From assembly GCA_044374195.1 (NCBI GenBank), contig JBILOY010000007.1:11864-75863 (forward strand): a stretch of DNA of 64,000 nucleotides, in the 5' to 3' direction. This document shows positions 18,342-26,672 of the stretch, one piece after another. A program made the position numbers and the translations under genes. The notes under the pieces were generated by a model, which was given only the letters and a program-made list of their open reading frames with translations, was not told where the DNA came from and ran no database searches. Within the stretch, counting starts at the first letter, position 1. Each line of letters begins with the position of its first letter. The DNA is from Candidatus Nanopelagicales bacterium. GTDB taxonomy: Bacteria > Actinomycetota > Actinomycetes > S36-B12.

Positions 18342-19565
18342 CTAAGCACCTACGACGCCAATGGCGGTGCTGCCAGGGCGGCCTATGCCCTGCACCGGGC
18401 GATGGTGGCCGAAGGCCTCGACTCCACGATGCGAGTAGCCGTCAAGACTGTTGACGATCCGACTGTCCAGGGGCCTCCCCCGAGCAGGTTCGGCAAGTTC
18501 GCACGAGCCCAATTCGCCGATCGACAACTTTGGAAACTCCAGAAGTCTCCCCGCAAGACATGGCGCTCGCCGGCCAGGTTTTCCACGATCACGGCCGATG
18601 AGATAAATCGCAGCCCCTACGACGTGATCAATCTGCATTGGGTCACCGACGGATTCCTCAGCATCAAGGAGATCGGCAAGGTCGAGAAGCCCATCGTCTG
18701 GTCGCTCTATGACATGTGGCCCTTCGCCGGCACCGAGCATTACGGAGCCGACGAGCCCAACGCCCGCTGGCGCTGGAGCTATACGAAAGCCAATAGACCA
18801 ACCGATGAATCGGGATTCGACCTCGACAGATCAACATGGGAACTCAAGAGCCAGCTCTGGACGAGACCGATGACGATAGTGCCGGCCAGCTCGTGGCTTG
18901 AGGAAAGCGTCAAAGGCAGTTCCCTCATGCGCCATTGGCCCATCACTCGTATTCCCCATGTTGTCGACTGCGATGTATTCGCCCCCATGGACATGAATGA
19001 GGCGAGAACGAAGCTCGGCCTTCCCCTCGGCGTCCCTCTCATTCTGTTCCTCGCATCCGCTGGCATCCACGACCAACGAAAAGGATGGGACTTACTTGAC
19101 GAGGCACTCGTGCAAGTTCGGGCATCTGTGCCAGACATCGAAGTAGTCATTGTCGGTCCGCCAAGCCCGGGTTACGAGAGCACATCTGGGGCCAAGATTC
19201 ACTGGAGAGGTTCCATTAACGGGAACGAATCACTCCGACTTCACTACTGCGCAGCCGATTTAACGGCTGTCCCAAGCCGCGAAGACAACATGCCATTGAC
19301 TGCAATGGAAGCACAGAGCTGTGGACGGCCAGTGATCGCCTTCAGCGTGGGGGGCCTCCCTGAAATTGTCGATCACGCAGTTTCTGGGTTCCTCGCAAAA
19401 CCATTCGATTCCGCGCTCTTCGCGCAAAGCATCCTGAACGCACTTCTACATATCGAATCCGGTGAGGGCCTGGAGCAGCACGCTCGGGAAAGGGCCCTAA
19501 AGACCTGGTCGGCGCGAGTCGTTCCAGCTGAATATCTGTCGATGTACCCGAAGGTGACTTCATGA
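18321..19565 (+). CDS. GT4 family glycosyltransferase
   Basis: The track ORF 18135..19565 is trimmed to GTG 18321. This is the only start codon just upstream of the conserved GT4 opening ILHLSTYDANGGAARAAYALHRAM. The C-terminal motif is SREDNMPLTAMEAQSCGRPVIAFSVGGLPEIV (EX7E-type). Confidence 0.8.
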   Translation: MPPRILHLSTYDANGGAARAAYALHRAMVAEGLDSTMRVAVKTVDDPTVQGPPPSRFGKFARAQFADRQLWKLQKSPRKTWRSPARFSTITADEINRSPYDVINLHWVTDGFLSIKEIGKVEKPIVWSLYDMWPFAGTEHYGADEPNARWRWSYTKANRPTDESGFDLDRSTWELKSQLWTRPMTIVPASSWLEESVKGSSLMRHWPITRIPHVVDCDVFAPMDMNEARTKLGLPLGVPLILFLASAGIHDQRKGWDLLDEALVQVRASVPDIEVVIVGPPSPGYESTSGAKIHWRGSINGNESLRLHYCAADLTAVPSREDNMPLTAMEAQSCGRPVIAFSVGGLPEIVDHAVSGFLAKPFDSALFAQSILNALLHIESGEGLEQHARERALKTWSARVVPAEYLSMYPKVTS

Positions 19566-20503
19566 ATGGCCAGGCTCAAGTTGGGCCTTTGCAACCAATT
19601 TTAGTCGTGCTTGTGTGGCGAGGTGGCGCTCGGTTTGTGCGTGCATTGGACTCAATCAGGGATGCTGAAAAATACTTCAAGAGAGTCGTCCTCAGCATTA
19701 CCGCGTTGCCTGACTCTGAGGACATCCGAATAGCCGAGCGATACATCCGTGAATGCGCTCAGTCTGGAAGCCCATCAAAAGCCGAGATCATCTGTACGCA
19801 AACTGAACTCCCGACAATGCATCATCAGGAGTTCTGGATACATCATTTGCTTACAACCGGTGCGCACGATGAGGATTGGATCTTTTGGCTCGCTTATGAC
19901 GATCAGCTTCGACTTCGTGGGCTGCAAGAAGTAGTGCCCAACGAACTCCAGTGGCCCTTAGCCGAGAATTTTGCTTACTTTGGACCCTGGGGCATGCGGC
20001 ATGAGTCGCCAGATCAGCTTTGGGAACTCACACCGGGAGAAAGACTTGAAACTTGGACGGGTTTTGAGAAGGGTGGTCCGAAAGTTTTGAACCCAACCGA
20101 ATGGACCCTTGATCAACTCATTCAGCCGACTTACATTCAGATGAGTGGTTCAGTAGCCTCCCTGAAGAGTCACGCAAACCTCATTAATGGGTTTCCGAGA
20201 AAATCAGGTCCCATGCGAATTGAATTAGCAACCGCGCTGGAATCTAGAACCAAATGGGTTACCGAGTTCAGCTCGGCTCTCACCTACATCTACGGTCGAT
20301 CCAACTCAGACCGGTCGAATTACGCAAAAGCGGCTGCACGCGAAGATCGTGATTTAGCCTTAAGACTGCTAAAGAGATGCGCACTAAACCCGTCATCAAT
20401 CCCACTCCTCTTCGGTCGAAAGTTCCGCAAACTGCTTTCTCAATTGATACGCAAGGAGACAAAGGTTGAGGATTGGCGAGTGAGTGGCATTGATGACAAT
20501 TAG
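19562..20503 (+). CDS. hypothetical protein, possible GT-A-fold glycosyltransferase
   Basis: 313 aa. ATGA start/stop overlap with the GT4 gene. The opening ILVVLVWRGGARFVRALDSI and the acidic motif LAYDDQL are GT-A-like. G+C is lower. Family not recognised. Confidence 0.5.
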   Translation: MNGQAQVGPLQPILVVLVWRGGARFVRALDSIRDAEKYFKRVVLSITALPDSEDIRIAERYIRECAQSGSPSKAEIICTQTELPTMHHQEFWIHHLLTTGAHDEDWIFWLAYDDQLRLRGLQEVVPNELQWPLAENFAYFGPWGMRHESPDQLWELTPGERLETWTGFEKGGPKVLNPTEWTLDQLIQPTYIQMSGSVASLKSHANLINGFPRKSGPMRIELATALESRTKWVTEFSSALTYIYGRSNSDRSNYAKAAAREDRDLALRLLKRCALNPSSIPLLFGRKFRKLLSQLIRKETKVEDWRVSGIDDN

Positions 20504-20687
20504 GAAGGCTTCGTAAAACTGACTGCTTGCTGAGCGGATAGGAGTATCGGCACGGCAAAAAACAGTTGCTCACCCAGCTGCCATTTCTCCCTGAGTTCAC
20601 GCTTAATCAGCAATTCTGCCCTTTAGCGGTTGCCAATCCCCGCACAAAGTGACCTCTACTTCGCTGCCTACGGCAGGCAAGATGAGG

Positions 20688-22217
20688 TCAACGCTTCACC
20701 AGCAGCGTCGGGCCGTCATCGCCCAGGACCGAAATCACCTCAATGTCGCTCGGCAGTTTGAAACCCTTGATCGGGTCGTGATTTCGAATCAGCATGCGAG
20801 TCTTGGGCGAATCAAGGAACTCTCTGACTTGCTCGGCTTCAGACCCGACCGGCGAAGTCACTGCTGTGGCGCGATTTTGGTCCCAAGCTGAGCGAAGTTC
20901 ATCGTACGCGCCGCTGCGCTCAACGAGATATCTGACGTTCCAAATTAGCCATCCGTCTACCGTGAGGGACTGAGGGCCTCCCGCTAGCATTTCTTGTCCA
21001 ATTATCTTCAGGTAGCCAATCGGTCCCCCGCGGTCATAGGTCGCCAGGCGCCAAGCGCCCAACAGGGTCACGATCATCGCAAGCAGAATTGTGAGAGGAA
21101 GGATCCATCGAAATCCCTTCCGGATCCAAGGAAGAACTATCGCAGTCAAGCCAACTAAGCTGATCGCGATTAGTCCGACATCGCTGATCGCCCAACGTGT
21201 GCCTAGGTACCACGGGAGAAATCCAAGAATCGACATAAGCGCTGCGACCAAGGTGGCTGCCAGAACATAAAGCCATGCGATTGTCACAGCAACAAGCGGT
21301 CGAAGGATGGGTTTGCGGCGAGCCAGCACCCACAGGGTCGGCACTGCCAAGAGGAAAACTGTGCGTGGCAAGCCAGTCGGAGTGAGTAAGTTCCAACTCA
21401 GTATGTGCCACCACTGCTGAGCATCCGCGAATTTCAACATCGCCATATCGAGGTACCAGACCCTGCCACGTTCGGCAAAAGGTGAGCCATGAAGCGCTAG
21501 GTACATCGCCGGCAACCAGAACAAGGTGAAGAGTAAGGGCAGAATCAGCCATACCCGCTGGCCTGCGCCTCGACGCCACGCAGCGATAGCTAGGACGACT
21601 GCGGTCGCGAAGGCGAGAGCGAAGCCGCTGTAGTGCTGAGAAAGCAGCACGGCTGAGGCACCCACGAAACCAGTTGCACGCCATGGCCCTGGCTTATCGG
21701 AAAGCCATCCTGCGAGCGCAAGCATCGCTACGGACGCTGTGAGAATTGGGGCATATGGCCGAATCTCTGCCGCGTAATAGGGCGTGATGTTCTCCAAGAG
21801 CATTGCTCCCACGACTGCTGCCGCTGCCCAGGTGGGAAGCCGCAGGCGTCGGCCAAGCACGAGGATGGCGACGAGGTAGACCAGAAAGAACAGGCCAGGC
21901 AGAGCTCGCAAAGCGATAATCCCTGTACCAAAAATCTGCATCCACCAATGCAGCAGGACATCAAATCCACCCGCATCGTTCGTGTAGCGCGTGCCCTCAA
22001 GAACTCGTCCGAGACTCCCGTTCTCGTAACCACTTGGATATCCCAAACTTCGGAAGACACCATCGCTCTCAGCATCCCAAATCGCATCGTTTCCGAGGTT
22101 CCGCATGAGGAAGAGCAGAACAGCGGCCCCGATGGCCACGAGGCTTAACCAGCCTGCGATTCGCTCCATTTTCGGCATGTTGAAAGCAGCTTTATTCAAG
22201 GAATAGTCCAGTTTCAA
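20688..22217 (-). CDS. polytopic membrane glycosyltransferase candidate (ArnT/PMT-like GT-C)
   Basis: 509 aa. A first long loop with acidic residues sits after TM1, followed by about 11 hydrophobic segments and a soluble tail of about 120 aa. The layout resembles GT39/GT83 enzymes. Confidence 0.6.
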   Translation of the reverse strand: MKLDYSLNKAAFNMPKMERIAGWLSLVAIGAAVLLFLMRNLGNDAIWDAESDGVFRSLGYPSGYENGSLGRVLEGTRYTNDAGGFDVLLHWWMQIFGTGIIALRALPGLFFLVYLVAILVLGRRLRLPTWAAAAVVGAMLLENITPYYAAEIRPYAPILTASVAMLALAGWLSDKPGPWRATGFVGASAVLLSQHYSGFALAFATAVVLAIAAWRRGAGQRVWLILPLLFTLFWLPAMYLALHGSPFAERGRVWYLDMAMLKFADAQQWWHILSWNLLTPTGLPRTVFLLAVPTLWVLARRKPILRPLVAVTIAWLYVLAATLVAALMSILGFLPWYLGTRWAISDVGLIAISLVGLTAIVLPWIRKGFRWILPLTILLAMIVTLLGAWRLATYDRGGPIGYLKIIGQEMLAGGPQSLTVDGWLIWNVRYLVERSGAYDELRSAWDQNRATAVTSPVGSEAEQVREFLDSPKTRMLIRNHDPIKGFKLPSDIEVISVLGDDGPTLLVKR

Positions 22218-22550
22218 CTTCGCGTCCTGAGATCGACCGCCTGGGGACTAGGGCTAGACCGTCGACTGGCCTCTCGCTGAAAGTGCGATCCAGGTCTGTT
22301 CTTCGCAGGGCCAAAGTTCTCATGCCCCATGATTATGCGTCGGGTTTAGAGTGTCAAACCTTTTTCTCCACGTGTTCCTTTTGGTCAGCAACGTGTTGCA
22401 GCTTTCAACTTCGACTGCGCACATTGAGCTAATTGGGAAAGTTAAGCGCCTCTGGAACCAAACTATGTCGGTCATCAGTGCGCTGCCGGCCAAGAGCGTC
22501 AGCCGGAATGTACGTAACTCTGTGGTGATACCTAAACCAGCTTTCCGATG

Positions 22551-23297
22551 TCAGGAATAACGAGATGGAATGTTCACGCGGCTCCAGCCGACGATCCCGT
22601 TCCAGCAGAATTTAACAAAGCGAGAAGTGGGAATGCTTGCCGCTCGGGCGCCCCACGTGGTTCCTACGGCTGACTCACCAAGACGATCTCTGACGACGAC
22701 GGGGACCTCGGCCACACGCAACTTCCAGCGTCGAGTCGCGGCAGAAATGACTAGATTTGGCGTTATTGAGTCTGCGGGAACGCAAGAGAGTAGCCCCGAG
22801 AGCACGTCATTCCTGTAAGCGCGCAGCGGTGTATTCGCATCCGTCGGCCAAGAATGCGCCTTGGTTGCAACGAGGGCTCGAGTTCCAAGCGACGCAACTC
22901 GTCGATACAGCGGGTTTCCCCGCTCCCGACGAAGCCCTTCCACAACATCAAACTCGCCTGTGACAAGTACATCGACAAGCAATCGCATATCGGCCCCGGT
23001 GAACTGCCCATCGCCGTCGACAGCCACAACTATGTCAGTGCAGAGATTTAGCCCAAGCCAAAGGGCGGTCACAGTAGACGGACCGTGCCCCCGATTTACA
23101 AGGTTCCGGTCAACCTTTACTTCCACCGCTGGGATGTCTAAAGAAGCCGCAGCACTTCCCGTATCATCCGTCGAGCAGTCATCGACAACGACAAAGGTCA
23201 ATGTCAGACCATCCATCGCTTCGGCAATCTCAACGAGAAATGACCGAATACCCTCAGACTCATTCCATGCGGGCATCACCACGGCTACCGAAGTCAT
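22551..23297 (-). CDS. GT2 family glycosyltransferase
   Basis: The track ORF runs to 23474. The GT2 opening MTSVAVVMPAWNESEGIRSFLVEIAEA...VVVDDCSTDDTG begins at the internal ATG 23297, and a DGDGQ acidic motif is present. The 59-codon N-terminal extension is unsupported. Confidence 0.7.
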   Translation of the reverse strand: MTSVAVVMPAWNESEGIRSFLVEIAEAMDGLTLTFVVVDDCSTDDTGSAAASLDIPAVEVKVDRNLVNRGHGPSTVTALWLGLNLCTDIVVAVDGDGQFTGADMRLLVDVLVTGEFDVVEGLRRERGNPLYRRVASLGTRALVATKAHSWPTDANTPLRAYRNDVLSGLLSCVPADSITPNLVISAATRRWKLRVAEVPVVVRDRLGESAVGTTWGARAASIPTSRFVKFCWNGIVGWSRVNIPSRYS

Positions 23298-23787
23298 AGC
23301 GATAACGTAGCGGCATTCACCCGTCGCGATTGCAGCACTTGGCGGGATGCTTTGACGTGTCGTACCTGGAGTGGTTGCATACCTGGTGACCCAGCCAGGC
23401 AAGCGTTCCGCAGTTTCGGGTCGCAGTCCATAGCCATGGCTTACTCGCCTTTGGGAGATCGGGCTGGCAACCACCGTCTGCGACTCACTTGCCAGCTTGA
23501 TCGCAACTGGTGGCCCAGATCGGAGGCTTTCTCTCCTGAATCCCCTCAGGAATGATCAGGAGCGGCAAGAGTCTCGTCCGTGTCAACTGCAGGCTTCGAC
23601 CCAGAACTCTTTAGCCACCGAAGCGCGATCAAACGCCGTTCGGCAGACCGCGATGGTGGATGGATCTCGGCGTAATCGCACGAGACTGAGCCATGGCACG
23701 CCTCACTTGAGTCGGCCCAAAATCAGGATTTTCGCTTTACTAAGGCACTCTTGAAAATCCCGATCGGAACTATGGCAAGGTTGTCGC

Positions 23788-24585
23788 GTGGCATACCATC
23801 AATTCACTGAGTGCGCACCTCTTCAGCTCCTTCAGTCCGAATCTGAATCCCGCCGCTTTGGGATGCACGTTGGTCGGATCGACATCGGCTTAGCCATGAA
23901 TCCTGCTGCGTCAAGAGTCGCGGAGTTGGTGGTTGCTTCTGATTGCGACCTAGTGATTCTACGCCTTGACGCGGCTTCAGCCGGTTTTGTCAGCGACCTA
24001 CGCGGTGCTCTTCCCAGTCACGAGGTAATTCATGCGGACACATTGCTTTACTACTCTTCTAAAGGGCAGCATCTTGAGACAGAAAATCCAGCTGAGCTCG
24101 TTCCGGTTGAACCGGAATCGAGAGCCTTCCAAGAATGTCTCCGAAGTGTTTTCGCCGAGTACACCAACCATTACGCGGCGAACCCAGTCACGCGCGACGT
24201 GAAGATGGCCGACGTTTACAGCGAGTGGGCAAGCAGTATCCCGAAAGGACCGACCCTCATGACGGCTGGAGTGCCGTCAATCGGGGGATTATTGAACGGG
24301 TGTCTCATTGCACAGCTTGAACCAACCGACCCGGGTGAGAGGAATACGTGGGAAGTTTTGCTCGCTGGCGTCACCCCTCAGATGCGCGGCGCGGGTATGT
24401 ACGGAGCACTACTGAGAGCCTTTAATGTGCGGATGAAGCAGCTAGAATCGGATTGGGTGATTTCCACGCAGGCATGGAACATCGCAGCACAGCGAGCTTG
24501 GACCCGTGTTGGGCTTCGTCTGGACGGTGCACTCATGACTCTTCATCTACAGCGACGGCTTTTGGGAGCAGAACTTGAACGCTGA
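23788..24585 (+). CDS. WecD-like GNAT N-acetyltransferase (dTDP-4-amino-4,6-dideoxy-sugar acetyltransferase-like)
   Basis: 265 aa. GTG start with AAGG 7 nt upstream. The N-terminal SESESRRFGMHVGRI and C-terminal VISTQAWNIAAQRAWTRVGLRLDGALMTLH parallel my recollection of E. coli WecD (ENAFFG...; VATQMGNTAALKRYIQSG...). Confidence 0.5.
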   Translation: MAYHQFTECAPLQLLQSESESRRFGMHVGRIDIGLAMNPAASRVAELVVASDCDLVILRLDAASAGFVSDLRGALPSHEVIHADTLLYYSSKGQHLETENPAELVPVEPESRAFQECLRSVFAEYTNHYAANPVTRDVKMADVYSEWASSIPKGPTLMTAGVPSIGGLLNGCLIAQLEPTDPGERNTWEVLLAGVTPQMRGAGMYGALLRAFNVRMKQLESDWVISTQAWNIAAQRAWTRVGLRLDGALMTLHLQRRLLGAELER

Positions 24586-25528
24586 ACAAGAGACCGTGTC
24601 TCCAAGCATCTCGATTGTTGTGCCAGTTTATTTCGGGGCTACGAGCCTTGCTGAACTGGTTCGGCGGGTAGCGGAGACGTTCAAGAATCGTTCTGATTAC
24701 GAAGTGATTCTCGTAGATGACGGCAGCCTTGATGAATCGTGGGCCACGATCTGCGAACTTGCTCAAGCATGGCCCAATGTCCGAGGAATCCGACTGAGCC
24801 GAAACTTCGGCCAACACAATGCCCTACTCGCTGGAGTGCGGAATGCCCGCGGCTCTGTCTCGGTCACAATTGACGATGATCTTCAGAATCCACCGGAAAT
24901 GATCCCTCGCCTACTTGTGACGCTCAAGGAAACTGACGCTGACGTCGTGTATGGAGTGCCGACCCAAGTACGACAATCTTTAACTCGCCGACTCGCTGGT
25001 CGGCTAATCCGTTCAAGTCTGGCTTCAGGGCTCGGAGTGGCCGAAGCGCCAACTGTGAGTTCTTTTCGCGCATTCAAAACCGCACTGAGGGACGGCTTCG
25101 AACAGGAAGTGGGCACGGGCGTATCTATCGATGCACTTCTCACTTGGTCGGCCCAGTCATACTCATCAGTCGATGTTGACCACGACGCGCGCGCGCACGG
25201 GACTTCAAACTACTCGGTTCGTAGATTACTGCGCTTCGCTCTGGACACCGTAACTGGCTACAGTGCCAAGCCACTTCAACTAGCGAGCATTCTGGGCTTA
25301 CTTACGGCGCTCGTGGGATTCGCAGCCCTACTATGGGCTGTGGGACGTCCGCTCATTTCAGGTACGAGCGTGCAAGGCTTTCCGTTCCTCGCCTCGACGA
25401 TCGCACTCTTCTCTGGAGTACAACTTCTGACGCTAGGCATCATGGGCGAGTATTTAGCTCGAATGCATTTCCGAATCATGCGTAAACCTACGTACGTCAT
25501 TAGAGACTCAGTTGGCGATCGTGCCTGA
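24575..25528 (+). CDS. GT2 polyprenyl-phosphate sugar transferase (GtrB/ArnC-like)
   Basis: 317 aa. Motifs seen: ISIVVPVYFGATSL, LVDDGSLDES, SRNFGQHNALLAGV and TIDDDLQNPPE. Two C-terminal TM helices are present. It is a paralog of 14369..15373. Confidence 0.8.
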   Translation: MNAEQETVSPSISIVVPVYFGATSLAELVRRVAETFKNRSDYEVILVDDGSLDESWATICELAQAWPNVRGIRLSRNFGQHNALLAGVRNARGSVSVTIDDDLQNPPEMIPRLLVTLKETDADVVYGVPTQVRQSLTRRLAGRLIRSSLASGLGVAEAPTVSSFRAFKTALRDGFEQEVGTGVSIDALLTWSAQSYSSVDVDHDARAHGTSNYSVRRLLRFALDTVTGYSAKPLQLASILGLLTALVGFAALLWAVGRPLISGTSVQGFPFLASTIALFSGVQLLTLGIMGEYLARMHFRIMRKPTYVIRDSVGDRA

Positions 25529-26670
25529 GGAAATCGCCGACACAGGAATGCTTCCAGTGAATAACTCCTCGAAGATTCCCTTTAATAGGGCTTCTTTTGA
25601 CGGACTCGAGTTGAGTTACCTGAGCGAAGCGGTCAAGAACGGACACGTCTCCGGGGGCGGTCCTTTTGCGAAGCGAGCAGAAGCAATCTTGAGCTCACTG
25701 GTCGGCGACCGAACCACCCTTCTGACAACCTCGTGCACTCACGCCCTGGAGATGAGCGCACGGCTTCTCGATTTGCAGCCCAGGGATGAAGTGCTCGTAC
25801 CAAGCTTCACCTTCGTCTCAACGGCATCTGCGTTTTTGCAGAACGGGGCTCGACCCCGTTTTGTGGATATCGACCCCTCGACGCTGAACATGTCAATCGA
25901 GCAGGCCGAAGCAGCGATTTCTGAACGTACGCGCGCAATTTGTATCGTGCATTACGCTGGAGTCGGGGCTCAGCCAGATGAGTTTCGTAAACTGGCGGAT
26001 GCACGCGGCCTGACTCTCATTGAGGACAATGCGCACGGACTCGGCGGATCATGGCGCGGTAAGGCGCTCGGCTCATTTGGCTCCATGTCGACCATGAGTT
26101 TTCATGAGACAAAGAACATCACGTGCGGCGAAGGTGGCGCACTTGCACTCGAATCTGAGGCGCTTGCGGAGCGAGGCGAAATCTTGCGCGAAAAAGGTAC
26201 AGATCGTGCGCGATTCTTCCGCGGCCAAGTGGACAAATACACGTGGATCGACAACAGGAGTCCTCCTTGCACAACTTGAACGCTTTCTGGAGATTCAGCA
26301 GCGCCGCATGCAGATCTGGAATACGTATGAACGTGAATTGTTGGGATGGGCAAGCTGCAACGGTGTGAGAACACCGTTCGTTCCTGAAGAGGCTAAACAC
26401 CCAGCCCACATGTTCTACCTGCTGATGCCGAGTGGTGAATCTCGGACAGCATTCATTGAGCACCTTCGCTTTCACGAGGTAATGTCCGTCTTTCACTACG
26501 TTCCCTTGGAAGAGACTCCCTTCGGTCGTCAAGTCGCGGCGTCGGTCCAGCAACCTTGTCCAGTTTCGGCGCATGTGAGCAACACTCTTGTGAGGCTTCC
26601 CCTGTTTCCCTCCATGAGTGACACCGACCTAGATCGAGTGATCACAGCAGTGACCAGCTTCAAGGCCTAG
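25512..26670 (+). pseudogene. wecE-like DegT/DnrJ/EryC1 sugar aminotransferase, interrupted by a frameshifting internal deletion
   Basis: Frame A (25512..26279) matches WecE up to FHETKNITCGEGGA...REKGTDRARFFRGQVDKYTWID, then reaches TGA at 26277. Homology resumes in the +1 frame at about 26263 (LLAQLERFLEIQQRRMQIWN...AHMFYLLMP...VFHYVPL...LVRLPLF) and runs to 26670. Confidence 0.7.
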
Positions 26671-26672
26671 AA

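Noticed and set aside
22351-22560. 69-aa ORF in the 22218-22550 spacer, and the 85-aa ORF 23497..23754 in the next spacer
   Set aside because: They have no convincing SD and no recognisable motifs, and their composition looks like non-coding low-GC spacer. They could still hide small proteins, but the sequence alone does not support calling them.
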